This document shows positions 1 through 13,789 of a stretch of 64,000 bases of DNA, one piece after another (the first letter of the stretch is position 1; every line of letters begins with the position of its first letter). The DNA comes from Lama glama. Lineage: Eukaryota. A program made the translations under genes and the position numbers. The notes under the pieces were generated by a model that worked only from the letters and a program-made list of their open reading frames with translations, did no database searches and had not been told where the DNA came from. Location: NCBI GenBank assembly GCA_028534125.1, contig CM052816.1, forward strand, positions 47,804,001-47,868,000. Reading direction: 5' to 3'.

Positions 1-1274
1 TAAGTGACTTCAGGTGACCTAAGGCTAGAGACTCGTTTAGAGGCGGCTCAACAGTGCCTTCTCAGGGTTTTCAACAGGTACTGGAGAGAATGCTCACTTC
101 TCCTTTCTCTAGTACTGTCTGCCACTCTGCTACCATGAAGGAAGCCGGTTTGTGAGAAGAATACAGTACACACAAAGGCAGGCAGAGCAGAATGATGAAA
201 AGAAAAAGAGCCAGAAGTCTGACCCAACCATATCTGAAGGCCAAAATTCCCATGCTGTTAAGGGAGGGGAAAAAAGTCTTAAATCCTATCTCACTTAAAC
301 TTTTTTTGCTTGTTTTTTTTTTTGGAACAGCTGTCTTTATGAGATATTAGGAAGTATTAAGATAAAAAAGAGGGAGAGAATTAAGGTCAAACGAATTCAT
401 GAAATACTTCTGTTATACTCCCCTCTTAGTGATTCACCATATAAACATTGGCTAAAACTTCAAAATGCCCCACTGTAAGGAAAATTATTTGTTCAGTTCA
501 GCATTTCCCAAACCTATTTGACCGTATAAAAAATTGACTGTTCACAAATAACACTAACATGATCTAACACAGTCTGAAAACAGAAATGACAAGGTTATAT
601 GCTCTAAAGGCATTTCTCTTGAATTCTTCCCAACTTAAATAGGGTAAAACTAGATTTGCCTAGTAGAAATGCCATCCCGCAGCAGAAAAATTTAAGTTGT
701 AAAAACACATGTTTTAATTGCCTTGTGTTTTACTAATCGTAACAGTAGGTAATAAAAGTGCTAGGTCTATCTAAAAAGACACTGGAATGGATCATTGATA
801 ATACTAATGATGAAAGATAAAGGCCATGTTACAAAAAAGATAGATGTAATCAACAGTTGAATTTGCCTTCTGATGTTCAGAAGTTAGCTTTAGTTTATAC
901 GTTTACATTTATTTAAAAAACTGTAACATTAATGTAAGAAAAAAGGTTTTAATTCCACATCTGAAATGCTCTCCTCTTTCCTACTGAAACAGTTGTTTTT
1001 GTACTACAATTGTTTCTTAATGTCAAATTTCTCAGGAATCAAGTTAATAGTACAACTGAGTGTCTCTAGTATCAGATGCACTGAGTTAACACAGAATTAT
1101 AAAACAGGGAAAAGATGACAAGACTCAAAGTAAGTCACTCAGACTGGTGGTAAGTGCACGGAGGAAACACACTACATACAGATAAAGTCTTGTAAGAAGA
1201 GATGCCATCCCAAGATTTCTATGTAACGCAGTGGAAATTCAGAGGCGGAAAGAAAAAAGAATGCAATTTCTTAC

Positions 1275-1431
1275 CTGCCAAAGAGACTATCATGAACAAC
1301 ATAGACAGAACACACGCTGAGATCTATTAATCCTTTTGGTTTTGTAGCTCGTTTCTCACTTTCAAAATAAATAAGTTGGGCATCACTGCCCTCTAAGATA
1401 AAATATAAATTTTTCCACCTTTTTCCTTTGC
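1275..1431 (-). CDS. RASA1: RASA1 coding exon 11 (157 nt), PH domain
   Basis: (G)KGKRWKNLYFILEGSDAQLIYFESEKRATKPKGLIDLSVCSVYVVHDSLFG(R); acceptor ttttaacag|, donor CAG|gtaaga. Confidence 0.96.
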
Positions 1432-2205
1432 CTGTTAAAAAAAAGATTATTTTCCCTTAGCCAAATAATTAACTGAAGTCACATATGTTAAAATCATAAA
1501 AATTATCACTGCTAAATATAAAAATTAAATATATTTTCATTTTTATTTCAAAGCTTTAGTAACACAACAGTCCTTATAGAACGAGCAATGTCTAATTTAT
1601 CTGTAGGAAAATACCTTGTTATATTACTTATTTTAATGAATCACAGAGCAAGTGATAAAGGTACCTTAACTATATCTTCAGAGGCTTCATTATGATAAAA
1701 TCTTTAAAATTCTTGCTTAGCATCAATTCCTTTCCAGTCATAAGGGAAAAAACAAAACAAAACAAAACAAAAAAAAAACCTCTTTCACTAACCATGGGCG
1801 CCTCCAACTCCCTAACATTTCTTAATGCCAAACTGAGGCAAATATATAAAATAGAAACAGCGATACCAGAATGTGCCAAGTTTTTCTTTTTTTCTCTTAA
1901 AGGTCTGGGGTAAGAGAGCAGGCAAAGAATCAGACACCTTGCACTGGAATTGGCCTCAGGATTTAAAAACAATACATGGAAATATTTGTTTCCTAAAACT
2001 CTGGACTTATAACTAGACTCTAGATTTCTGAAGGATGCTTAGATAAAAGCTCTAAACAAGGGTCAATTATTAAGAATTTCTTGTCAAAACTTATTAAACA
2101 CATATCTCAATGATAAGTTTTATGCCCAATATTTATAATGCTTTTATTAAATGTTAATGGTGAAATACTGAAGTTGAATCTTTACTCTTAAAAGTTTACA
2201 CTTAC

Positions 2206-2326
2206 CCTTTTTTAGAAGATAACCTTTTTTAACAATATTTTTATAAAAAGCATCCTTTGTTTTACGACGAATTGTATTATAAATTTCCTTGCCATCCACT
2301 GTATCATTGAGTACTTGTTCTTGATC
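2206..2326 (-). CDS. RASA1: RASA1 coding exon 10 (121 nt), linker and PH domain start
   Basis: DQEQVLNDTVDGKEIYNTIRRKTKDAFYKNIVKKGYLLKK (within ORF 2147..2338); acceptor attcag|, donor AGG|gtaagt. Confidence 0.96.
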
Positions 2327-2566
2327 CTGAATTTTCAAAAATATTAAAATTATGTTATGAATTATTGATGGAGATAAAGTAAAATCTACTAAAATACCAA
2401 TTAAAAACCAGACTGTGTCTGTCTAGACATTAAAAAGTGTCTTAATACTAAAATCTAAAATCATGTAACATCTATTAAGAGATCCTTTGTTTTCCAAAGA
2501 AATTCTCAAGAGGGTCCCCTTACCATTTCACAAATACATGGAGAAATAATAAGTTATTTTTCAAAA

Positions 2567-3126
2567 TACAGTTTTTTGGTATTTTACAGCAACAATGTTT
2601 TGAAAACATGAGTATGTCCCAGCATAACGGATAGATTAGAACCAATTTAAGCACAAAGCAAACTCATGTTTGCTTATGCACAATTATGTCTGCGAGAAAC
2701 ACTAGGTGAATGCAGAAAACTGCACCCAGCTGAACCGAGATGTGTAAGAATATCCAAAACACACCTCAGATACCTCAGAGCCCGCCCAGCTCACTGAGCG
2801 TTAGATGCCATACCCACCATCCACATCTGGTTTAGAACGCGTCTGATCTCAGACAGTCCTCCTCCTACCACTTCCCACCACTCACAGCCCCTCTGATGGC
2901 CTCTCCCACAAGTGCAGTGCAGAGTGCCACATTTACTAGTATTTAAGAATTTCTTAACCATTTAGCATGTATAAAGACCATGCTACATTTTTACTAGTTT
3001 CTTTACGTGTGACTGATGAAGTTGGGGTGTTGTACTCCTAATCCCACTTTTCCCATAATCCTGTGGGTTTTATTGCATGATTTTCTGTAACACCATGACT
3101 TACAGGAATGGATGTGTCTTCAACTG
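2567..3126. mobile_element. Decayed Tigger-type (TcMar) DNA transposon
   Basis: Segment gcgagaaacactaggtgaatgcagaaaactgcacccagctgaaccgag resembles a recalled Tigger-family consensus; subfamily and ends uncertain. Confidence 0.55.
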
Positions 3127-3335
3127 CAAAATCCCCCCAAATAATGAAAAGAATTATGAAGTCAGGAAGAACAGAAAGAGAAGAGTGCCTTTAGAATGAT
3201 TATCCCCATCAGAGTCCACTGGACTCAGTTTTAGTTTTTCAGTTTCTTTTTTGAGCAGCTCTTACTATTAGCAAGAATTAATATTTTTATGACTTTGTTT
3301 TCTTAGAGACTTCATGGGTGCAGTATGCTGAAGAG

Positions 3336-3554
3336 CAGAGGTTGGCAAACCATATTATATGGGCCAAATCCAACCTACTGCTTGTTTTCGGACAAAGTTT
3401 TACTGGAACACAGCCCACCCTCATTCCTTTATATATTGTCTGTGGTTGCTTTCACACTACAAAAGCAGTTTAGTAATTGAGACAGAGGCTGAATGGCCCA
3501 CAAAACCTAAAATATTTACAATCTGGTCATTGACAGAAAATACACCAACCCTTG
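3336..3554. mobile_element. MER58A-like hAT-Charlie non-autonomous element
   Basis: Starts cagaggttggcaaac and ends ccaacccttg (degenerate TIRs); internal aaagttttactggaacacagcc and cctaaaatatttacaatctgg as in recalled MER58. Confidence 0.8.
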
Positions 3555-3599
3555 GCCTAGAGGATGATGCAACAGTGAAATAAATTATCTCTATTGCAT

Positions 3600-4885
3600 C
3601 ATTCTTTGGCTTTTTAAACTGTGTTGCCAACTATTGCAGCATCTTTCAAAAAAGTATAAAAAGCCATCTTTTTATTAGTTTTCACTGAACACAACTGAAA
3701 ATTCAGCATTCTTAGTTTTCTGCTCACAACAGCAAACAGAAAAAAACTGACAAAGAAAGATGTTTGACAATTATTAAAAGAGTCAGAGGATGAATGCAAA
3801 GAAACAGCAACACTCTGCGATCTATTGTAATGATAAAATTAACTTTGGGAGGGAGGTGGGAACAGCTCAGCAGTGGAGTGTAAGCTTATTAGCATGCACA
3901 AAGTCCCGGGTTCAATCCCCAGTATCTCCATTAAAAATTTTTTTTTAATTGTAAAAAAAAAATTGATTTTGATGAGCAAAATCTCAGACTGTAATTCTTC
4001 AGATAGTAATAGCCTTGATGAATTTTCTCAAACTCAAGAATCACTGAGTGAATGATTTATTTCTAGGGGAAAAAAAGGAAACATGGTATTCTCATCTAGT
4101 CAGTGATTCAACAGGAAGGACATCATCAAGCAGTTATTTTGTGACAACGATCTAGATTATCCTGTTTCCTTAAAGGAAACAAAGGTTCTTTAAATTTTTA
4201 ATGATTGTACACCAAGATTTACTTAATATGATTTGATTTGTAAATGGACAAAGGTACTTTGTATCCAAAGGTTATTGAAAGAAAACATAATGTAGAAGTT
4301 TTAAAATACACCATACTGATCACTCTAATCGATGTTTATAAATCTAAAGATAAAAATATTTTACACTTACGGAGCAAAGAAATGGAGCAAAGAAGACTGT
4401 ACTCTCCAACAAAATCATGAACCATCAAAGTTTTCAAAAGTATTGCATTTGATGATGCAAAAACAAGAAGAAAAAGAAAGAATAGTAAACTAGAACCCAG
4501 AGAAATACATTTAAAATCTGGAATCAGTATTGCATTTTGACAGTCGAGTGTGATAGGAACCAGAGTAATTATAAGCAAGAAATTGTAAGAGATGTATCTG
4601 AAATCTGGAATTAGGATTTACAAAATGGATATATTCCAGGTCCATTCATGACAGGAGATGAACAGTAAGCTTCCATTTCAAGTATGTAAGCCTTTATAAC
4701 CAAGGGAATATGAACAAAAACTTGAGTTTGCTACATTTAAATTTTTATTGAATTTTCTAATGAAGTTTTTTAAAATATGCTTTTATTCTGTAAATTGTTC
4801 AGAAAATGACTTAAGAATATAAAAAAATTAGAAAGATACATTGGACCCCGATGATTAATATGACTATTTCCCTAGTTATACAGAC
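3600..4885 (+). mobile_element. piggyBac-family transposon fossil (Looper-like), interrupted by a SINE
   Basis: Plus-strand peptide relics FDDAKTRRKRKNSKLEP (4448-4498) and QNGYIPGPFMTGDEQ* (4621-4668) resemble piggyBac transposase RFDD and YxPGxxxTxDEQ motifs; ends approximate. Confidence 0.7.
3848..3958 (+). mobile_element. tRNA-derived SINE (camelid Vic-1-like)
   Basis: A-box-like agctcagcagtgg, B box gggttcaatcccc, A/T-rich tail; imperfect TSD aaaattaactttg / aaaattgattttg. Confidence 0.8.
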
Positions 4886-5380
4886 TTGTCCTTATCAGTC
4901 TTTATCTAGTAATGTCCTTATCTAGTAATGATATTTGCTACTGGGTGCAGAATGTGGCGTATTTCTAGTTTGTTATTTAAGACAAATTACTACACTAATA
5001 GTTGGACTTAAATATCTGATTTCAAGATAATCTATATAGGTCTTTCCTAATTATTTTAAGGTAGGGGCTAATCAACTGAGCTACAACTCCTAAAGGACTC
5101 CAACACACTGGAGGACACCACAGGCCAGGACACAGCTTCACTTTCCAATGTCTAGCAATTACTGGATGACAGGAGGGAAGGCTTCTCAGCCCAGTCTTTC
5201 TGCACAGTTCTGGGGAAGAAAATCTTACCTACTCCCCCCAAAGGAAGGAGATAATCTGAGTGGTGAGTCTAAACGCCAACGAAGCCAGCTTTTGCACAGA
5301 AGTTAGGTACACACACTCATGAAGCTGGACGTGGGTTGTAAATCCTGCCTTTGTCACTTAATGGTCAAGAAAACTCCACT

Positions 5381-6110
5381 GAATAAATTAATCCAATAAA
5401 TGTTTGCTGAGTGCCAGGTACTGTTCTGGTTCTTGAGATGCATCAATGAATAAATCAAAGATCCTTACTCTCAAGGAACTTCTATTCCAGTGAAGAAAGG
5501 AGATAATAAACATAGTAAATTAGTAAATGTATTATATAGCCATAGGCGGTTAAGTCCTCTATAGGGCAGGGCAAGTAGCAGCATTAAATAAGGTATATGA
5601 GTAGGTCTCAATTGTGAAGCTAATTTTTGAGCAAAATTTGGAAGAAATACCAGAGTGAGGCAACTAGATATTTGAGGAAAAGTCATTTTGGGCAGAGTGA
5701 ACAGCTGGAGCAAAGATTCTCACGCAGCAAAGATGGTGTACTCTTAAAAAGAGCGGTGAAGCCAGTGTGAGTGCAGATGAGTGGCAGAGAAGGATGATGG
5801 AAAAAGAAGAGCTCAGAGGACCACAGGATGCCACTCTAGGGCCTTGCATGCCATGACAAGGACTTTGGCTTTTACTCAGAATGAAATGTGGAAAACCTGT
5901 AAGTATTAAACAGACAAGTGAAATGGTCTGACTCACATTTTGCATGGATCCCTCTGACTGTGGTGCAGTGTTAAGAGGGCAAAGGTAGAAATAGGGAGAG
6001 GAAGTCAGATTCTGGTGGTTATATTCTAAATACATTTGGAAGGCAGAGTCAGCATGATATTCCTGACAGTTTGGATACAGAGTATAGGAGAGAACAGGAA
6101 GAGACAAGGA
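5381..6110 (-). mobile_element. L2 LINE 3' fragment flanked by MIR pieces
   Basis: aataaatgtttgctgagtgccaggtactgttct... is the reverse complement of the L2 3' end; MIR core ccccatctgtaaaatggg follows near 6150. Confidence 0.75.
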
Positions 6111-8442
6111 TAACTTGTTGCCTTAAGTAATCAACCTCTCTAGTCTTGCTTTCCCCATCTGTAAAATGGGCACAATTACAGGGCTAACCTCATCAAATTG
6201 TTTGGAAACTTAAATAAATCAATACGTATAAGAAATAGTGCCTAAACATAGTGGTCAAAAAATATTAACTATTTTTACTGTGGGGTGTATTGACTCAAAA
6301 ATATCCTTCTTTTCTTCTAATGTCTGTCTCAAGAAGTGTTAGTGATCCTGAGTAAGCAGCCCTAGCTAGGACTCTGCTCCTTCCCTTCCAGCATCCTACC
6401 CTGAGAAGGGATAGGCAGGGTAACCTTGAGGCGGGGGAGATGAGCTGATTCTGCTAGCTCATCACTTTTCCCATTGATAAAAGGATATTACTAGCCTCTG
6501 GGTTCTCTAATAGTCAGAATCCTGCTGGGAAGGATTGATAAATTAGGATTCTCAAATATCTACTGTAACCTACTTTTACTCCAGGCCCCAAATAATTGAC
6601 TTCAAATAGCAATGAATGATTTTCATGAAGTAATCAAATTGCTCTGTTACTAGCATCATTTATTTCTAAAGTATTCAAAGCATTATAGGCACTTTTGCAA
6701 GTGACAATAATCTGAAGTTTGTTCGGTTATGGAACTAATAAACACAAGAGTGGGGCACCTTTTATATTTGAAGTTATTCTTAAAAAACGTTTTAACAAGT
6801 ACAAAAGGTTACTAGATGTCACATGCTACTTATTTTTCTAACTGCAAAAAATAAATTAGAAAATTCTAAGCACACATTCAGGATGGGGAAAATGCATGAC
6901 AACTTGTATGCAAATAAAACAAATTGTGGACTTAGGAAACAAATTAAAACCATCATTAACTGAAACAGGCAGTGTGAATTAGAATGGAGGATATAGCTAT
7001 GGGACTGAGTGGCAGGATCTGTCACCTGGAGGTTAAGGCATTTCTGACCCCTATTAAAGAGACTCTCAGCAGCAGTTTCCAGAAAGCACACACCACACTA
7101 TGTGCTTTAAAACAAAGTTAGTCCGGGTCTACCAGAAGTGCCAACAAAAGTGGTACATCAGTGCTAACTATAGCTTTTAGGAAGGTGGCAATGAGGAAGT
7201 GAAACTTGAGATGGATCTTAACCTTGCAGTATGTACATAGGCAGAAAAGAATAAACTGACACCAAGAAGCACAAGGAGGTGAAGACACCGCAGTGAGAAT
7301 ACGGAGACAGCGACGTGAGTGTTTCCTGCTGGGGAGGAGATATCCATTCCATTAACACTGACTGAATACCTAATGCCAAGTACTATTCCAGGCACTGGGA
7401 CTGCAACCCAAAACGCCCGCCTCCTGAACCTTACATTCTAACAGGAAAGCGTGAGGAAGTGAAGAAAGATATATTAAAATGTGACAAGATGATGACTCTT
7501 AAACTTATATTAAGCATCAGAATAATGATCCCCCTTCAGCAACAGCAATGAATAGTAGAAACTAACTTGTTAGGAGGAAAACCTGAGAAAAAACTGCCAA
7601 GCTAGAGACACGACAATTCACTGTGCAAACTTAGTTGGGTACCCAAAGCCTCGAACAATATCTTCATCATGTACCTGGAATATCACTACCTCCGATTTCC
7701 ATCCAGCAAACTCTCAATCACTCTTCTGAAGTACCTTTTTTTATCCTCTGCTACAACCTTTTTTATAACCACACCTTAGAAAATATGAGCAAGAAACAGG
7801 CTAATCAGTCACCCTATACATTAAGCAACTGGTATTCAACAAGGCCCTCTTGTTCAGGCCCAGTCCTTCCCATGTTCTGGATTTCAGTCACTCTTGCCCT
7901 CCCTAGGACATCAGGTACTGCCACCACCCCAGCCCTCACCCGCCACTGTCCCTCCTCTTTACTACTGGCTTTACCCAGAGCATGCAGACCTGCCTAACAC
8001 CCTCTCACCATAAAACTGCAGGCAAATAAGGAAAGAAAAAGTTTAAACCCCCTTTGGCCCTACATCATCTTCTAGCTATCATTTTTTAATTTATTTTCTT
8101 TACTTACCAAGCTCACCTAGATAAGCCTGGCTGTGATTTATCCTTGCTGTCTCCACTTTTGCCTCCAACAAACTCACTCCTTGACCCAGTGCAACTTGGC
8201 TTCTGTCCCCACCACTGCTTCTATTCTCAAAAAGCCACCAAGGACTTCCTAATTGTCTAGAACTAACATAAATAAAAACTAAGAGATTTTCTTTCAATTA
8301 CTCACTTTCTGAAAGAATCTGAATAATCTGCAGTTTTAAATTTTATCCAATTTTAAATGCATGAATGTGTGTATAAACACACCACCAAAAACGCATTTTA
8401 AAATGAAATGTTAATTGTTGCAAAAAGAAAAACAACACTGAC

Positions 8443-8521
8443 CTGCATTGGTACAGGTTCCTTAAGATAATACCCTTCAACAATCTGTTCTTTTCGATAG
8501 TGATCTATGATGTCCCCAATG
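8443..8521 (-). CDS. RASA1: RASA1 coding exon 9 (79 nt), C-SH2 end
   Basis: IGDIIDHYRKEQIVEGYYLKEPVPMQ; acceptor tctttacag|, donor CAG|gtcagt. Confidence 0.96.
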
Positions 8522-10888
8522 CTGTAAAGATAAAAATTAGTAACACTGACACAATCTGTCTCATAAAATTACAAATCTTAAAAAGACACACAAACCTTGT
8601 TAGCAACAATTATCAAATTGCAAGATTTTCCCAAAGTATATAACCTGAATACATTAATAGAAGCTATGATCATTACAGTCACATTATTTTACAAAAGCAG
8701 AAATGTTCCTAATACTAATTTACAGGTCAAAAATACCTGAGTGCAAGATTCCAATTTTTTCATATACATCCTCTAAGAATCACTGTATGTGAGGAAAGAA
8801 TTAAAAGTCTACTTTTTTTTTTCAACAAAAGTATTTGAGAGAGAGAGAAAGAAGAATTGACAGAGAAATGGCATTTATTTAGCAACTAGTGAGTTCAGGT
8901 AAACTAAAAAGTTTTATCATCAAAATATTTACATATTCTGCTTTTACAATAACCAGATGAAGTTAGGTCATAAAACATAAATAGCAGGTTAAAACAGAAG
9001 CAAATAAAAGAAAGAAAGAAAGATAAGGAGCTTATATGTATCTCATATATAGGATTATTGCTAGAGCAGGAAAGGCTTATTGATGGTTTTGATAAAAAGT
9101 ACTATAAAATATTCTTAACATTTGGGAAATATTACAACTAAAACTGAAAATAAAATGGCATTATATAATGTATTTTAACACGAATTTTAACGTGACATGA
9201 GTTTTTTAAATAAAAAAATGTTTCTCTATTATCAGTAGACCATTTTAATGTCCTGAATACATAAATCCTAGAATTTTAAACTTTCCTTTAATACACTAGA
9301 GGAACTGGTATTTCAGGGACAGCTAGGAAACTTTCTTAAAACAAATCATATTTCATTTACCACTTGATTTTTCTAATGTTCTTCCTACTGATACAATAAT
9401 CAGAATGTATGTGTCTTTTATCTTTGGAGACACATATACACATACACATATGTATCTCCAAAGATACACACATACATATACACACATGCATATATATGTA
9501 TCTCTAAAGGTAACATATTTTTGCTATATCACAAAATTAATTTAAACTAAATGTAAATAATGTACAATGTTATAAAACAAAATAAGACTTGAAAAGCCTA
9601 ATAAGAAAGCAAGTACGAATGAATATGAACTAAATATCAGAGGCAGAATTTAACATGAGGGGGGTGGGGGTTGAGACAACTACAAAGATATTATCACACA
9701 CAAAAAAGGAAGGTTTTATATTTTTAAAGGAAAACTATAATACTAAAGAAAAATGAAAATCAGAAAATACATTTGAAGATAGCTAGGTACCACTACAGAG
9801 ATGGCAATATGTTTCAAAGTAAAAGGCACCAAATCTGTAAAAGACAATAAATTTCAAAGGTTTCTGGCTCAATAACTGTAAGTGCAATCAACCCTGTGTA
9901 GCACCTCAATGTTACAGTATAATTCTTGACCGTGAGCTGGAAGAGGAAGACACTTCTGTGGAGGACAGTTCAGATTGCCCAGGAGCAAATTTACAAGCAT
10001 GTGGCAACCAACCAGATATATTTTTACCAATGACCTGGACTTTTAAGAAGTTTTTTCTTTTTTTTAATTACCCTTTAGTTCATATTCTACCCAGATATAC
10101 CTAAAGAAAGAAACAGTCAAGGTAGACACAACAAACTAAAATTTCCTACACATTCCAGAAAGGTTCCAGTTATGAAATCAGATTTACATCTCAGAAAATT
10201 AAAACATGTTCATTATAAATTTGTAAAATAAATGTAAGTTTCTAGAGTTGCTATATCCTGTACTTTCATTTTAGTAATTTACTTAATAAATAAAACTGTG
10301 TCTCTCTCTTTTCTTGAACTCTAGATAATGTTAGCAATCACTTATTTTCCTAATCAAGAGATTAAAGTCTGTTCTGAGTTTTGGGATAGGCTAAGAGTTT
10401 ACTTAGAGTCTTAAAGGTGAGAAGAAGGAGCCAATAATTACAGATAAGAAATACCAACTTGAGAACAATCCAATTACATGGTAACATTAGTAATAAGTGT
10501 CAGGTAACTCTTGAAGAACCCTTTTTTCCTATGAAAATGTCTCACTGGCAAAATAATGTAATATATTTTCTTTGTCTTAGATTAGATGTTCTGTTGTCCT
10601 GTAGATAATGTATAGACTTAGAAAATTTGTTGCAAATAACTTATGCACAAATAATCAACAAGTTATAAACACTGCTTTGGAAGGAAACAAATTTTGTTAT
10701 TAATTTATATTCACATTTGACACTGTCTAAAGAATTCTTGGACAGGACTACTACTAAGTTATATTAAATGTCATAACTTTAAATATTACAAAGTAAGAAA
10801 CTTTTATACAATTTTGATTGATATATTAGCAAGATTTCAACTCTTCTTGCCAAAAGTAAAAGGTAAGTAAAAATTTCTCACAACTTAC

Positions 10889-11039
10889 CTGTTATAATAC
10901 CGGCCTCCCATCATAAACTGATTGTTTGGTGTTGGACATATTTTAAATCGCTGAATATTTTCATTGGTCCGAAAATAAAGTGAATAGTCACCAGGAGTAT
11001 TATCTGACGGCCTCACAAGAAAACTGCAGACTTGACCAA
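10889..11039 (-). CDS. RASA1: RASA1 coding exon 8 (151 nt), C-SH2 with FLVR motif
   Basis: (V)GQVCSFLVRPSDNTPGDYSLYFRTNENIQRFKICPTPNNQFMMGGRYYN(S); acceptor ttttacag|, donor CAG|gtaagt. Confidence 0.97.
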
Positions 11040-13191
11040 CTGTAAAATTTAAGCTGTTAGTTTTATTCCCAAATTATCAAAGTAAAAACAAAAAGTGTTG
11101 AGTATTATAATTACAAAATACATTCAAATGTCATAAACACAAATTTTCACCAGGAACTTGTTTTATAACAAAGACAATTTTAAGACAATTTATTTTTGTA
11201 TTTTCTGGTTTATGAGTCACAACCACCCATCATGTTGTTTGTCTTTATTACATAAAAATTCAGGGCAGAAGTTTGCAAGCAGTGAGTTCTGGTTAATAAA
11301 TTCTATACCTGTCGTAACTTAGAAAGAATACTCTAACTGCAGGTAGGGGATACTGCTACATTGTAAATCCCCTTAAGAAGAAAAGTCTAAGAAAGTTGAA
11401 GTGAATTCTGCTTAGGAATGCTCTGTACTTAATGAATGCATCTAACATTAAAAAGTCATAACTGTAATAAAACAGTAACAAAAGCTTACAAAGGCAGATT
11501 CATAACTTAAATATTTGTGTACCTTATCAAAAGCCAATACATATGAACTATATTTCATTCAAAAGGCATGATCCTAAAAGTCATTCAGAAGCAAATTATC
11601 ATATATTAAATATTTTCATACTAATTTTAAAAGTCTTTTTGATATCTTTAATTGGCAGTGACTCTTAACACTAAGATGCTTTTTTACCTTTTCTCTGATT
11701 ACGTCCTAATGACACAGAAAAGATCAGAACTCGATTGCTTTTAGGATAGCATAATGAACACTTAGGATATCAGGTGTAATTTTTATGTAATTCACTAACA
11801 GTTCCAATCATCTAACAAAGGCGTTTACTACCAAGTAATTTCATGTTCAATACAAAGCACAGGAATAACTGCAAAGCTGCATGCAAGTGCTTACGTGTTC
11901 TCAGGGAAGAAAAGCACCATATTCTTAAAAGAACACATGACCCAAAGCGAAGAAAAAATAACATAAGGAAATGAAGTTTAGCTTCTTTCAATTTACATGA
12001 CTAAAACAAGAGTGAGTGCCTCAGGTATTTGGTGGTACAAATTAAAAGCTATAAACTTAGATTCAAAATTCAGTAAATTCACTGAAATAAGTATTTTGGT
12101 CCCACTCTGATAGCTCATTGCACATCATTTCGGTTGAGCATTTAGCCTCTCTTAGTATCATGTAGCACTATCATGTTCTTTATTTTTAACCTTCTTAACC
12201 TATGTCCTCAGAATAAAACTGAGTATGTCCTAAACTGCTTCAAATCTTTCAAAAGAGCAAAGCATTAATTACATTAAAATACAATGCCTCACAACTTAAG
12301 TAATAGCTCAGATAAGATCTTTAAATAATCAGCAGTTTATTCACTGTATACACTACTGAATTCTGGCTGTTTTTAAAGAAGTAAGACTTTAAATTACAGA
12401 CTGTGGCTTAAACTTGTCTCAAGTCCTTCTTAAGTGCGGTTTACTGACGAGACTCTAGTAGTTAAATTAATTCAGTCTTAAACATTTAGTTAGGATAAAT
12501 GACGGCAGGACAGTTTTTGTTTTAAAAATAAAGCCACAATACAATTCAACTTTTACACAAGTTATTTGCATATCTTTACAACCATACAGTTTAGGAAATG
12601 TTAAAATTAATACATTTTAAACAAAGCCCAATTTTATAATTCCTCAAGGGTACAAAGGTAAATGCAAGAACATCTGCTGCACCTGAACAGCAAGAAATGA
12701 AAGCAGCATAATGTTCCTCCATGGGAGGATGATAAAAATGTTTGGTATTTATACCACAGAAAGTCTACGGTCATTAAAAAGAATGAAAATTTCTACATGC
12801 AAATATGGGATGATCTCCCAAAACATATCCTAACATGAAAAAAGTGTGTTGCATGTGGGGAGATACATGTAGAGGTGGATATAGATGGTAAGAAAGGAAA
12901 ACACACACAAACAGGAAATCTGTAGGAACACAGAAAAAAAATAAAACCCTCATGTTTCTGGGGAGGAATACAAGGGCCTGAAGCAGAAGGAAAACACACT
13001 TCACTGAATCTTGTACTGCATATGTATTTTCAACTAAAAATACCAAAAACCAACAAAAAACCCCATCGATTTTTCTATGCTGAGCAAGAAATTACAATAT
13101 GCATAAGTAATGCTATAGGCAAAATCTGATTGGTTTCCTTTTTTATTCTTTAAATAAGGACATTAGAAAAGTCTAGTAAACATACAAGTAC

Positions 13192-13244
13192 CTGTCATTA
13201 GTAAATTGTAAGCTTCTTGTTTGGAAATTTTCCCATGGAACCAT
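13192..13244 (-). CDS. RASA1: RASA1 coding exon 7 (53 nt), C-terminal SH2 start
   Basis: WFHGKISKQEAYNLLMT; acceptor ctctttctaag|, donor CAG|gtactt. Confidence 0.94.
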
Positions 13245-13789
13245 CTTAGAAAGAGAACAAATATTAAATATGTAAGTCAAAAGTCTTTTTTGCCATTGTA
13301 CAAGCAAATCTAAACCACCAACATAATATAGTAAGTTTAATTCACTGACATAATGAAATAAATGCAATGCAGCTCATCTCACTTCTTTTACATTTATGTT
13401 ACTACACTTTGTAAACACGCATAATTTGAGCAAAATATAGAAAACTTAGGGACTATCTACTATGAACTACAACTTCCATATTAATTACCTTAAAAGGCAG
13501 TAAGATTCTACACTGCATTCAAATACAGTTGAAATGACCATTTTCTACAAACACTAGAACAGGATTTCTGTATTCTGGGGGAGTGTTGATCAGATGAGCT
13601 TGAAGGCCAACCTTGTATTTTAGAGCTAGAATAAAGGAAAAATAGGGACTTCAAAGGGGGTGGGGGCACAACAAATGGAGTACAGAGAAAAAACTGGCAG
13701 TATCCTTTTCCGAAAGGATTAGATTTGAGTTTCCTCTTGCAGGCATTTATTACCTATATGTAAAATACTGAAGTAGGATTTATACTTCA

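Noticed and set aside
3848..3930. tRNA gene (also 34081-34175)
   Set aside because: A/B boxes present, but G-rich leader, A-rich tail and TSDs mark them as SINEs; no convincing cloverleaf
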